In this document: positions 13,401 through 22,300 of the stretch, piece after piece | Numbering within the stretch: the first letter of the stretch is position 1 | Layout: every line of letters begins with the position of its first letter | IMG/VR virus record: IMGVR_UViG_3300008954_002609 | Span: 32,001 to 96,000 of that record | DNA length: 64,000 bases | Source of the DNA: a virus | Direction: 5' to 3' (one strand) | Notes under the pieces: model-generated | Databases searched by the model: none | What the model was told of the DNA's origin: nothing | The model's input: the letters and a program-made list of their open reading frames with translations, nothing else | Program-made: the position numbers and the translations under genes

Positions 13401-15231
13401 GATAATTTTGCTCTACAGGATAATCTACTCCGTCGGCATACATGTTTATCTTTACAATCTCTTCATCTATTCCGTAACACCTTAACAGATTTCTGAATGC
13501 CTTCTCCGTGCCTTTGGATTTATAAATGTGGACAAGATTGTTATAAATGTTTTGATATATTACATTTTTTACATCTTCTAATCTCTGTTCATAATTTCTC
13601 TTTTCATCTCGTGAGGCGAATGCGGATAGCACATCTGCTTCTATGAAGATCTCCGGCGTTTCAAAACCAGCAGATCTTAGCATGGTATCCATGAAAGGGA
13701 GTGGCTTGTTACCATAATCTTGGTTTCTAAGGTGCTTTAAACTTGCTAAGTGCTGTATTTGCAGGAACAATTCATCAAAGTACGAGCCCATTATTTGGGT
13801 AAGCTTTCTTAATTCTCCATTGTCATCCTCTTCCAGAATCCACCCAGGTACAGAGTGATATATTGCAGCGTTGTTTGAGACGTCATACGTTTTTCCCAAT
13901 TCCCTCACATCATCCAAGTACTTGTTGAGCTTGGGGTTCTCCACATGTATTATTGGTTCCGCGAACTCCGTTGCCGAAGCCGAAGATTGGATTATTGCTG
14001 ACTTGATACTTCTTGCTCCGGAGGCATAGCCAACCCAGTTTCCGTTAGATACTCGACCCGAATAATCCAGAACAACCTTGTCTATACTGCTTGTTAGGGT
14101 TATCCCCTCATTAAACTTATAATAGATGCCCAAATCAACATTTGGATCTTCAACGTTCGACCCACCATCAACCTGAGCGAACCAATTGCGCCCAATGTCC
14201 TTGGATGACCTTTTCGTCTTCCAAAACCTAAACTCGTCCAATGAGCCAGATAGCTTACCAAATCCCAAACCAGGATTCAAAGAAGAATCCGAATCGTTCA
14301 AATCTGTCCCACTTGCGTCTTTTGCTGCAACAAGTGATCCGATGTTTGCCACCAGCGTGGTGTTCAAGCCACCTACGGATGAACCAGTGAGGAGCTGATG
14401 ATTCAGGTCTCCGTCCACATACATTCTGTAGTTGACCTGGCTTCCAGTATTCTGGAAGGCAAATGCGTAGTGGTGCCATTCTCCGTCTGATGCACTAGCG
14501 TAAAGACCAGCTGCACCTGAGACTATTAGATTCTTGAAGCCTGTTGATCCTGACCTGTAAGTGACTACCCACGGAGAGTTCTCCGTGGAAAGAGAACTGT
14601 CAAGCTCTATTGTTAGACGACCATATTTATGATCACCAGGTGTAGAACCCGATGTCCAAGCATCAAAGAGAACTTCTCTCTTTGTCAGAGACTGGTATGC
14701 GTCCTTCTTTAACCAAAATTCTACCGTGTTGCCGCGGCCGCCGTTAATGGTTAAATTCGATGTTCTATTGCTTGCCGTGCTCCACACGTTGTCAATATTA
14801 GGTCCGCCCTTTATGTAGACATATTCTTTTGTAGCGGGATTTCCATAGCTTCCTGATGTTGATACTCTAGATCCCCAGCCTGAAGGTGAAAACTTTATAT
14901 AACCGTGAGTTCTCGGGTATTCGTTCTCAAGTAAATAAAGATCAAGACCAGGAGAGTCGTTCACCCATTTTATTTTTTCAAACGAAGAGCCATCATACGG
15001 ATATTGTTCGTAAATTCTCTTTACGGCTGATTCATAGTATTCTTCCGCTAAACCAAACTTCGCAAAGTTGGAAGCGGTGGAATAGTTCACATGAGGTTTG
15101 AATTTTATCTTTCTCTTTACATACTCATCAATGTATTGACCGGATTCGATATCCTCAGTCAGATTATTGATCGTCGTTCCTGGCAGCATTTGCAAGGATT
15201 TTGTTTTGCTAAAAAGATTTTTTAAACTCAT
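4459..15231 (-). CDS. Giant baseplate wedge protein (T4 gp7 / P2 gpI-like) with LamG (concanavalin A-like) domains, 3590 aa
   Basis: IYKSKGTEKAFRNLLRCYG matches the gpI/gp7 KGT motif (about 13480-13530). LamG signatures TVEFW...DGEWHHYAF...MYVDG...LDEFRFW (about 14730-14200) and SFSMW...WHHMAVT...FYLNG...AEVTIWN...LVGWYRM (about 7760-7130). Downstream of gp25 and gp6. Confidence 0.75.
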   Translation of the reverse strand: MSLKNLFSKTKSLQMLPGTTINNLTEDIESGQYIDEYVKRKIKFKPHVNYSTASNFAKFGLAEEYYESAVKRIYEQYPYDGSSFEKIKWVNDSPGLDLYLLENEYPRTHGYIKFSPSGWGSRVSTSGSYGNPATKEYVYIKGGPNIDNVWSTASNRTSNLTINGGRGNTVEFWLKKDAYQSLTKREVLFDAWTSGSTPGDHKYGRLTIELDSSLSTENSPWVVTYRSGSTGFKNLIVSGAAGLYASASDGEWHHYAFAFQNTGSQVNYRMYVDGDLNHQLLTGSSVGGLNTTLVANIGSLVAAKDASGTDLNDSDSSLNPGLGFGKLSGSLDEFRFWKTKRSSKDIGRNWFAQVDGGSNVEDPNVDLGIYYKFNEGITLTSSIDKVVLDYSGRVSNGNWVGYASGARSIKSAIIQSSASATEFAEPIIHVENPKLNKYLDDVRELGKTYDVSNNAAIYHSVPGWILEEDDNGELRKLTQIMGSYFDELFLQIQHLASLKHLRNQDYGNKPLPFMDTMLRSAGFETPEIFIEADVLSAFASRDEKRNYEQRLEDVKNVIYQNIYNNLVHIYKSKGTEKAFRNLLRCYGIDEEIVKINMYADGVDYPVEQNYRVSSLKTRCINFYHPHNHSATIYQYSSSLGRGNKSSEFPVSGYITGAHGNDSSVGLSFTTEAEVVFPKVHRPGEPGFISTNVSSSLFGAHTVKGAGTDLAWPASAKDFANFETYAVKDERHSRNAKFVIRSTSGIVSAMESPVFYDVYDGTKWNFAVRVAPKGTFGNTISGSTNSYQIEYYGIRTDAGEVKDKFYLTSSLTNAQGQRFHQYSKRLYAGAHRTDFAGSTKTLSDVHVSSLRHWLSYLDNETIKAHSIDPKAYGVPHPMRNAYTFMPGLDNPVPSIDTLALNWDFTTVTGSSTGGQFIIDDITSGSFKNKRDYGWAGDVVATNHPGRGDFFQSNSTSSVTVAFLEMSRQNIPENVQSSNMVRVLSRDEQTFTRDSKPINYNFSIEKSMYQAISQEMLDMFATIKDFSNLIGEPVNRYRPNYKSMEKLRQLFFDRIENTPDIEKYVEFYKWIDSALSSMLDQLKPASADFSEDIRNMIESHVLERNKYWAKFPTLEGKQAEPEPGQIKSINELVYNWKFGHAPLLKHTGIYKPSGSALQTENCLWWSERAGRKETSLSSGISATDAERETLRRTIYTEVSGTSYTLRSLTKPYRLKAEIQPVVHAGDNFHLNKKKDFFLGTSNPGAKDFIRISGSDVDFGKECTDVYHPRYGNGIGSEVFEKKRLGGKADISNTNADFDLNTIAPFSMYSSSTDVPTDYKAEIYDNFKKGIDITNLHSDAYGDDREIPIQSPFTEHWVGGHSHRHQHLNMMRPKIPQADPALQNTTMSLDHKGRRFEAFALTMSQGQLYVTSPNLYALNHEPPGTFHVSLTSSTHNRSRVLREPLAKRPVNIRNIKTTASEYAKDTVLNIGNYKHEYEIVQGTSVEMSPVFLIRTASNEPIGTTTNSPYFVEINERRKYERPKRKNVFVNRFSAPGGVETAGDSLGGPGLDVATNQYSVYNTLNYRNLMARLALNEWSTDRMGQFGATHNSSITSSTTTASYHKVQGNPRYVATSSDESGHECRPKYDNNFVQHQIPQSDLGYAWIRNSTLETTCSYNRLESNFTYPKSQTNEKIFETNEANAVDFESPTFLSASDRGLRTSDANRLLSYGVDHALTNRPDPGIPTDFLGLNSIIYEHVSQSNNTLGGLAPIDSRGGLLTSSIEARLRAHTLNHMLLNRGSIHGYPTWKQLRAGDHPVARKLRKENIFSLAVRRDDPEMMSFSPSYFTDGDYSWPENIEHTKTRTSRTISSQRYRFTESVVTYSKPLTTTAIASIDESSNVPVALTTMRAALLRTPGGRSIASGGKITYLNDLVTFSNPELVRFLQIDQIFDMSEALSTKMPKNIVQSVYPVTIYPRDVNSYSNKSRKRENFVIDWWKTKRSDRGVSEPNSQGEHIGITSSMWPLDAQENFGTSKEISLGTDVPGTFGEGELMSSYSLFRSGSNTWWGNPSASALYARKFPETPWTYCLTVEEANRENYWNKSTYGDSWNTYSTGGVENSYMEIVFNGPGTEHEFSLVFVKTEALKVTRETQIWGTGRPTIAVCLSQSSYTKAGIADAIKETINTHSGIKPRIKASSSGAKVTLEFRGVHEKSRWPTSGYRGGFSGTDYTLNTSMDGARVETVRTGIRHVSLLANFLKVSASTNTYLAGAAKWEAGDQAGRYPFNYENYDDYAQDMRIIGKEYSVIPEYRISDHMSDYMDSPSQDPFFDCFQSDFLSLTGASDNYNNSSQGDFFKVYGHSDFIKHFEIVKSGHRSLEMHPANLTLKCKALKKLLPYKGFYPAQRTLQLAETFKSTYGPGTSITPEDYTTTGSNYAHWRTALAPFYSPGITYNSIKSGIAVDYPVFVPKKDRPYLEFVTLFNGSGSTNRCDIGQAQDWMKMVTGSIRKASTAATSGISFSMWANFKEDPDDATNNPENSGSLIHIGDDNNCTEGIQFLKRGGRLVFGMWHGSSSYKEWQTKKRILSSSNLWHHMAVTKKFDGSAPAFYLNGKSYQHELTRSAGTLNETALVFEPPVTGDHNCSIGNTRAATGSNPEDIMRGSMEMAVAEVTIWNKQMSTASILGLHGGESYGSYATDAPQLGTPFRPDVCVGKNEAKNLVGWYRMGNDYGYMTAGDSGSAYMTNQQNMRNHALDLYADAGKFGLSGSGGRVETLSYAQFTGFSDVWQEIDSKVFKDDGSGGITRFGDAWLTGAVHMLTGAYKYPTYITGSPYNETMDGGIPRIGSASYSMGVLSGSNYGVYGPTSYMSYWSTGSSSPYGGIQRVERIPFEAVIDPRRLQSNTVTRVGANVNTALVDERVVFYETEPHPSASLQPCSFMRNIGGGNRTANAGIHNTNDINAMDPHSRGLFAYGEDTYAQTFVRGTPTTSSAMTSSFSLTEMRALGQTNYTKASNNFFAETMNFFLKGGHSTILKSADVLKQAVDPNKTYKMTLRLYRPPTEDFPIYNRPEAFGPPVDANSSGSWKEVGRDKTEYPGHGFSPFTPPHYDSYAEVEYTFTPEVGVKYESVEDVLETITTQNKLGTNTIKYNRFVKGTGSAGSTDYIFSGLTNSDFAIGKPGSRNSIQPIIESLNKSHAMQISSSFNGIDISEASLLPTKENTREDADILRKSWIIQSKWETPNMDFRRASAVQPKPYGLTKTLGMWHQTGSYKTPISFMEIRPTKRNSTSAPLDELLGMHFVSQGKELGNEVKRVSIGQMPEERKISEAVVAVPFIEGANGKRQFFVLPKSEVYKAVQAAGFSKYKKSEIEAVEMGSTTTSQNASGRSGHSEPIVPRKSIQDMVDKMLRYVIPPKMNFLKYNDPEENFISPFAMYIFEFEHTLSKNDIALMWQNLPPDVALNNFHKDSGDSLQAEAVVSHELTQNGGLLSDEKLNEGVKWLVFKAKKKAETNYFKKMKRDRLPNGHPDGEVSVENDIFDYGYNWPYDYFSLVELVKVEAEVGFARQEDISQPLTREEIASVVARTAGISINKEEEDSPRQFDTANHFSMIIKGVPKK

Positions 15232-17172
15232 TTACTTTTCTACTCTAAACTTAAAAACCTTATCTTGCACAACGTGTCTACCCTCCAGATCATAAGCAAA
15301 CTGAATACCATATGAGTAGCCAGATTCGAACAGAGACATGTTAAGGTCAAAGTAATTCCCCTTCTTATCATACGATAACTTCGTATATTTTGTCTGCTGA
15401 CCGGCAGAACCCGTCCCAAATGGTACCACGTCTAGCCGATCAATTATCCTATAAATTCGATAATATCCTTCTTTTACTATTGAAGGAGAAGTCTCGGCTG
15501 TCGCAACATTGTAAATATTTGGTTGCCAATTCCTCTCTCTAATAAAAACCCTGAATCTAACTTTGTCACTTTGTGAGTATGATTCTTTAAAATTGCTTAT
15601 ACTAGTGACATAACCTTGGATACCTGGGTTATAATCATACGCATTGTGTTTCTTTACCTTAAATACTGAACCAGTCACCAACTGTATCCCTTGAGATACT
15701 CCTGTCGGCTTACTCCAGACGTCGAATATTTCGCTTTCAGATCCTGTAAATGCAAAAGAAGCAGAATAAATGCCAGTACTGACCCAGCCTCCGGTTACAA
15801 CTGTGGCACCATCGACGGTTACGCCACCTCCTATTGGCAACGTTTTCGCCTTTATAGCTGTATTTTTTACGTTACCTGATGGAAATAACTGTAGGTTTAT
15901 TTGTGTATACGCGCTGTTGCTGCCAGAATTTCCGCCTAAGACTGGAATGTTCTTTAATTTTCCATTTACGATATTGTATAAATATAGAGTATTTAAATTG
16001 TCTTCACCTGTTAGAAGCGAGCTACTAAGATGAAAGTCTCCCCTGTCGTCACCTATTGAGTCATCCCAGCGGGCTTCAATGAGCGGTCTCTTATAGAAAT
16101 ACTCAGACCCTCTTGCGAAAAATTTCTTAGTATAATAGGACCTGTTGTATCCTCCATTCTCATACGACCCAGACATCTTAAGCATGATACCATAGTTCTC
16201 TCTATCGGGGTCCACCGTTGATTCAGCTTCTATCCATTCTTCCACCAAGGCGGTTACATTTAATTCTAAGTCTTCTGTACCTTTTTCAAAATACTTGGAA
16301 TAGTTTGGCAAATTACGGCCGGCAGTGTATCCAACTTCATGATAATCACCGCCCTCGGTGGACCATCGGATTTTACCACCGTGCTGAACCGTAGTAACAG
16401 TCAGGTGGCTAGTAGATATGTTTCCCTGGAATGATCCAGAAACTCCTGCTGATCCCGTTGTTGTGATCCTAACTGTTGCCCCTGCTGAATCATCCGTATC
16501 GTCATAAGACACAGATGCAGATAGTCCCGTTTCGTATGTTCTGATGGATCCGCTCAATATATTAGCCATCTGTTTGACTGTGCTTATACTGCCAGTGAAC
16601 GGAACCGTAATCTCTACTCCAGGCAAAGCTGCTGTGATTGCGTCGGAATCTGTTTGAAAAACAAAATTAAACCTTTTGTTATCCGCGTTATAAATAGTAA
16701 AATATTCGTTCTTGAGGTTTCCTTTTGTGGTTGTTATAAACTTTACGTCTGTTATGTTCTGCTGTAGCGTGTTTGAAGCCATAATCCAACTAGCTTCGTC
16801 ATTGTCCGTGTACTCTTCCATATCAAGACCCTGTCCCTCGTCCCAGGACCTAGAAACAGGAAGAACATGCAAATTGAATTTCTTAGGTAGGCTGTCACCG
16901 TGAGGACAATTAAACATTCTTAAGAAAAACCTTACAGACCCAGACTCAGGTATATCTCCGTTTGTTCGATCCGTGGTGATAGTATCTACAGGAAACTTAA
17001 CCAACGCTCTTGCTTTTTCTAGAGACGAAGTTGTCGATTGTCCATATATGGAAAAGACTTCTAAAATATCTGACTCACCCATATTTGACCCAGTAGCCCT
17101 CGTGGATAAGTCGTTCTTAAATGCGTTTGTAATGGTTGTGTCTGCGTTTGCAGTATATCTCTTTATAGCCAT
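15232..17172 (-). CDS. Virion protein with DNRLRE/CBM96-like domain
   Basis: Motifs ADTTI...NMG...RALVKF...SRSWDEG...W-x3-GGD...LNVTALVEEW...NYGIMLK...F-x3-S...RPLIEARW are typical of DNRLRE domains. Located between gp6 and the gp7-like gene. Confidence 0.65.
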   Translation of the reverse strand: MAIKRYTANADTTITNAFKNDLSTRATGSNMGESDILEVFSIYGQSTTSSLEKARALVKFPVDTITTDRTNGDIPESGSVRFFLRMFNCPHGDSLPKKFNLHVLPVSRSWDEGQGLDMEEYTDNDEASWIMASNTLQQNITDVKFITTTKGNLKNEYFTIYNADNKRFNFVFQTDSDAITAALPGVEITVPFTGSISTVKQMANILSGSIRTYETGLSASVSYDDTDDSAGATVRITTTGSAGVSGSFQGNISTSHLTVTTVQHGGKIRWSTEGGDYHEVGYTAGRNLPNYSKYFEKGTEDLELNVTALVEEWIEAESTVDPDRENYGIMLKMSGSYENGGYNRSYYTKKFFARGSEYFYKRPLIEARWDDSIGDDRGDFHLSSSLLTGEDNLNTLYLYNIVNGKLKNIPVLGGNSGSNSAYTQINLQLFPSGNVKNTAIKAKTLPIGGGVTVDGATVVTGGWVSTGIYSASFAFTGSESEIFDVWSKPTGVSQGIQLVTGSVFKVKKHNAYDYNPGIQGYVTSISNFKESYSQSDKVRFRVFIRERNWQPNIYNVATAETSPSIVKEGYYRIYRIIDRLDVVPFGTGSAGQQTKYTKLSYDKKGNYFDLNMSLFESGYSYGIQFAYDLEGRHVVQDKVFKFRVEK

Positions 17173-18962
17173 TAGACAATTCTACCTTCTATATCAATTT
17201 GTGGATATTTCATTTCCAAGATAGCAGTGCTTGGAGGAGTTATGACGCGACCACCTTCAGATGAATTACTCTTTATACTGAAAAGGATCTCAGAATATGG
17301 TGCGCCTGCTTTATTGAATATTTCAACATTTGCAACGTCAACCACTGCTGGAACATCTTTAAGAGCCTTGAATATGTCTGATACAGTGATCGGTTCGCCT
17401 ATTTCTCTTACCTCTGTAGTAATTTCCTCTACCACCAACTGAGACTCTCTCAGTGCTTGGTGTCGGTTCGCGTTTTCGTCTATCACTATGTCGTATCTTA
17501 CCCCGTAGTTTATAATTCTTGCATCTAGAATGTCAATAGTGTCGTTTATCATTCTAGCACTATTGAGCCAAGTTCTTAAATTTCTCTTTATTGTTGAGTT
17601 AGCCCTGGTTAGAGTTCCGTCGGGAGCCTCAGACAAGACATACAAGTTAAGATTCCTTTTGAAAGAATCTCTATCTTTTTGAATGGTGCATCTCTTTATG
17701 GCTCCAAAATTAGCCGGCATGGCATAAGTCATGCTCACGTAGTCCTGTTTTGTTACTGCTCTGTTTTGTGCCGCGAAATTAGCCATGGCGCGGAGCTTGA
17801 CCTCCTCTACGTTGGGTAGAGAAACATCTCCAATAATGGGCTCCGAGTTTGAAACTTCCAGGCTGCTTGCTATGAATCTTCTGGTTGATCTATCCAAATT
17901 TAATACGTCAACAAAGTCCATAATCGGAGAGGTAACTCTCACTATCCTGTTGGCTCCAGCGTTGACGCTCTCTGCTGTATTCGCCCTGTATACTATTCTT
18001 AACATAGTATTCGCTGGGGCGACTCCAAACTTATCTGTAGATGTTAACTTAACTGGATCGAAGTTTGTATCTGATATAAAGTTTTTACCGTGCCTCTTAA
18101 GTGTGATGTTCGCAGGATCAGCCACCGAACCTGAAACTAATTCTGTTTCTGATCCGTATCCAAATTGCAGGGAAGTCATTGTGTCAATGTGAGTGACGCT
18201 GAACCTCCTAGGGACAGACATTGCTTTTAATAAATTTGGCACAGAATCATTCTTAGCATTACTGTTGGTCACAGGCTTGAACACCGTATCTTGTGATAAA
18301 TGCTCCACTTCATGATAAATATGACCTTCTGAGTCAGATACCGATATCACTTCTGTTATATTTGTATCTGGAATATCGATCGAGAGGAACCTCTGGAAAT
18401 CTCCAACTTCGACTGTGTGGACCCTATTTTCTCCGGACATTACTCGCCCTTCGGACTTCACAGCATAATAAGTAGGTGCGCCGGTTTCCTCGTTGACCCT
18501 TGCAACAACAACCTCGTTTGATGATTCTGCGAAAGATATATCGTCCATCAGTGAATACGGCATACCACGCTCTGTCTCAACCCGCGTGCCCGTTCTAAGA
18601 ATCGGGGCGTATCTCAGGTCTGGTCCCCCATCTGAAGCCGCTGGGACTAGCGCGTAAAATTGACACATCCCATACGAAGCAGGGGATTTGTTTAATTTAT
18701 ATCCCAAGAACTGGGACAGCTTTAGAACATTTGTATACTCCCCGGCTGTTGCAAAAAAAGACTCATTTGCCTGATAGTCTAAATAAAACGATAGCATATC
18801 TCCAACATACGCCACCGTGTCTATCATCAGAGAACCAAAAGAAGCTTCACTGAAATCCTTAAATGTATCCGGATAATACCTCTTTGTGTGTTGTAGTAGG
18901 GACCTTCTTATACTCGTAAAGTCTCTACTTGTGTAATCAATGGGTATATTCTTCTTTGGCAT
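17172..18962 (-). CDS. Baseplate wedge subunit (T4 gp6 / Baseplate J-like)
   Basis: IDYTSRDFTSIRRSL, DTVAYVGDMLSFYLD, LQFGYG and AQNRAVTKQDY motifs. Directly after gp25. SD AAGGAGAGG upstream. Confidence 0.9.
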   Translation of the reverse strand: MPKKNIPIDYTSRDFTSIRRSLLQHTKRYYPDTFKDFSEASFGSLMIDTVAYVGDMLSFYLDYQANESFFATAGEYTNVLKLSQFLGYKLNKSPASYGMCQFYALVPAASDGGPDLRYAPILRTGTRVETERGMPYSLMDDISFAESSNEVVVARVNEETGAPTYYAVKSEGRVMSGENRVHTVEVGDFQRFLSIDIPDTNITEVISVSDSEGHIYHEVEHLSQDTVFKPVTNSNAKNDSVPNLLKAMSVPRRFSVTHIDTMTSLQFGYGSETELVSGSVADPANITLKRHGKNFISDTNFDPVKLTSTDKFGVAPANTMLRIVYRANTAESVNAGANRIVRVTSPIMDFVDVLNLDRSTRRFIASSLEVSNSEPIIGDVSLPNVEEVKLRAMANFAAQNRAVTKQDYVSMTYAMPANFGAIKRCTIQKDRDSFKRNLNLYVLSEAPDGTLTRANSTIKRNLRTWLNSARMINDTIDILDARIINYGVRYDIVIDENANRHQALRESQLVVEEITTEVREIGEPITVSDIFKALKDVPAVVDVANVEIFNKAGAPYSEILFSIKSNSSEGGRVITPPSTAILEMKYPQIDIEGRIV

Positions 18963-18980
18963 GTATACTCCCTCTCCTTA

Positions 18981-19376
18981 TTAAATAGTCTGCGATGTAC
19001 TTATTTCAAGAATATCATCTGTCTGGAGACCGTCAATCGTATACAACAATTGTATTGATATTGGGACCCCCGATGACATGTAAAGCCCTTGTTCTGGTGC
19101 CTTTATTGCTATGTTCTTTATTTTCACGAATGGCATATATCTCTTTATCTGTTGGGTGATCTTACCTCTTATATCATCGTAGGTGAACTCGTTAGCTAAT
19201 TCGAAAAGATACCTTCTCAAACCAACGCCGAAAAGAGGATCCATGACTCTCTCTCCAGGGGAAGTCAATATAAGCATTTTTAAATTTTGTTTCACGGCGG
19301 CATACACCGTTTTATTCATGACGTAGCCGTCTTGGGCATCTATCTGTAACGGCAATTTTACTGAAACTGAAGGCAT
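18981..19376 (-). CDS. Baseplate wedge / sheath initiator (T4 gp25 / P2 gpW-like)
   Basis: KQNLKMLILTSPGERVMDPLFGVGLRRYLFE is the gp25 signature; 131 aa. Confidence 0.93.
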   Translation of the reverse strand: MPSVSVKLPLQIDAQDGYVMNKTVYAAVKQNLKMLILTSPGERVMDPLFGVGLRRYLFELANEFTYDDIRGKITQQIKRYMPFVKIKNIAIKAPEQGLYMSSGVPISIQLLYTIDGLQTDDILEISTSQTI

Positions 19377-19380
19377 TATT

Positions 19381-22300
19381 TTAGTCTCCTAATAAATTAT
19401 TTATACTATCGCGCAAATCTTGTGCCTGCTCTTCTTCCGGGTCGGATTTGCCAGCTGGCTTATTGTCATCGCATACCTTAAATACTTGTTCAGGATCTTT
19501 TTTAAGCCTATCTCTGTATCTTTCTCCTGACATTTCTGATAATCCCATAGCCAGTAGCCCAAAAGGTGTCAAAAATGACCCGTATCTGTCGCTGGTCCTC
19601 TTTGTTATCGAGTTCTCTATTCTTGTTGTGATGGTTAGCAAATCCCCTGCCCCATCTATTAACAGTGGTATGCCCGCGCCCGGTGGTATCATACTCATCC
19701 CAGCTGCTATTTTTCCTGCCGCTACTGCAGTATCTATTGGTCCTTGTATGTTCATTGGGACAAAAGTCTTTTTCGGGGTAAAACCGTTTTTGACTGAGAG
19801 GTCGGCGGTGGACAACTCTCCAGATTCAATGGACAAGGACTGTATGTTTAGACCTGCCTTTGTGTTTCGTGGGTTCTTATCAAATGTCTTTTTAAGATCC
19901 TTGTATGCAGGATCTAATCCGCCGGCAACAGTCCTCACCAACCTAGGGATGAATGTCTTAAACATTTTTTCAACAATTTTACTTATATCTGGGATACTCT
20001 GCATCGCTGCATCTCCAAGACCAGTGGATGTCTGGTCAGAAGTTAGTAGATTGTAACTTGAGGCTCCACCTAAAGGTAATTGATTAGAAGCAGTGTTAAT
20101 GTCCGTGTCACCTAATGCTTGAACCATCTTCTGAGTTAGCTTTCTTGTTGGCATAAAAATTTGTACCAGATCCGGAGATAGGTCGAACATGCTTTGGATA
20201 TAAATCGTATACATCTCCTGATACCTGTCTAGAGGAAATACGAAGTCGAAAAAGTACCTCATATTAAACCCTGGCTCCTCGACCAGTGACCTTTTGCCGT
20301 TGTCTTCTATATATTCTCCGAGTCCCAGGGCGTTCCTTATCGCATTATCATCCACCTTGTTTAAGAGTTTCCGCAACCTATCCAGGTGGACCCCTTCCGT
20401 GGCTTCTATTTGGTCTTGGCTGGGATTACCTAAATCTAAAAATGCACGAGGCTCAAACATGGCTTCTACTTCTTTAAATATTTCGCGGTGGCATGATGGC
20501 CACTGTTCGGAAGCTATAGGGGTTGGAAACATAAGACCAATTGGTTGCGCTGTAACCTGGTTGATCCCCAGAGCACCACCCAATTCAGGCATGATCACTC
20601 TAAATCCACCATCGCCGCCTGCTTCTGCGGCTACACCCAAGCCGGTTGTCCAATATGCAACATTAACGAACGGGACCCCATATACGAATTCTGCTCTAAA
20701 CTTACCGTAGTCGTTTGTGGATGTATCAGGGTGTATCTCAAGTGCCGGTGATGGTGTAAACGTCTCATGAAGCCAATTTTTTGCCAACCTCCTCACTTTC
20801 TGTTCTTCCTCCGCATTGCCGGCATTAAAGTCAGTGAAAAATTTCAACTGTGCTTCTCGTCTGCCTGACCTGTGTGGAGTCGTAGTCCCTATATAAGCCC
20901 TGTTCTTGGCAACCAACTCTGATTTAGGAACAAATTTATGTTCCAGGCGAAGACCGGGATTGATCATACTATTTACGTTTACCCCGGCCCAATAAGACCA
21001 ATCAGTCATGATATTAGAGCCTAGCAGGGAAAACTCATCGATAGTGTTTGGAGTTTCAATGTCAGCGTTATCATGGAGGTTTAATGTGCGTCGTTGGGCA
21101 CCAATGAAGTCTCTATACATGTCTGGATCAAGTGCCTCGATTGGGTCTGGGTCGCCCATTGAACTGAGTATCTTTTTTGCCATTTGTTCTGCTAATTCGC
21201 TCGGGGTGGCATCGACCACCTCAAATGTACCGTCCTCATTCTGAACTGATTTAAAGGGTCTAAAATCTATTCCTGTCATTTTACCTGGACAAAATACCAA
21301 CCTAATTCCCCTGAATGTATTAAATGCGTTTTCTACGATTTCCCGCTTTATCTGTTTTGCCAGAGCAACCAAATTTGCCTTGCCCTCATTCATTCCCTGA
21401 TTTCCAACAGGAATGCCATCTTCTGCCCGTATTATGCTTTGGATAAATAATAACAAATCAAGGTGTTCGTCTCGGTTGAATACCCCCTCATAACACCTCC
21501 AGGTCCTCCTCTTTTCAAGAAATGGGAAATATAACTCAGGTAATGACGGGGAATTTGCGTTTGGACCCAAAGTGGCGACGGCTTCTTGTATAAGATTATG
21601 TTCCAATATTTGACTCAGGGATCCCTTGATCCTGTTCTGAATAAATTCTTCTGAGAATTTATAGTACTTTTCTAAGTAAAATTTGCCTTGCTCATATTCT
21701 CTCAGGTCTGATAAAGTGGTCCCTCCGAAGATCCTCGGTCCTGAATCGTGAGATTTATGCAACGGCAACAGACCTCTGTACTGGTCAATGCCGTTTAACC
21801 GCATTGCCTCTCTGTTTTCAGGGTTTGGTCTGATGCTCTCGCGAGACACTACTTCTGTGGCTGTTTCTGAAAGTTCGTTGAAAAACTCTTCTTTGAGAGA
21901 CTTAAAAGAAGGAGAGAATATTCTATCTATGGTATCGCTCATGTCTTCGCTATCCAACACTACGTCTAATATATTCTTTACAGCTGCTCGTATATTACTG
22001 TCATTTCCCACCTTCCTCACCTCTTCAAGGAAGGGATTTCCATCAATTCCGGCGGAGCTTGCTGCCTCGTGACCCCAATTGCCGGCAATGGTGGCTACGA
22101 AATAGTCATGTATATAGTCTGAGATTATTTCAGATTTTAATATTTCACTTGCCGAATATGCAGAAAATACATACATTCCCTTTAAAACAAATTCCAAAAC
22201 ATAGGTCTTGACATAGAAGATAACCAACTGAGAAATCATGCCCTCTTCAAGTGGACCAGGCTTTGAAAAGTCTCTATTTTCTGGTTTGTTGTTTTTATTT

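Noticed and set aside
4459-19376. Cellular contractile injection system (eCIS/T6SS) rather than a phage
   Set aside because: The gp55-like sigma, PhoH, solo Cas4-like nuclease and T4-style gp6 favour a phage. Capsid and terminase genes are not in the window, so this rests on context.
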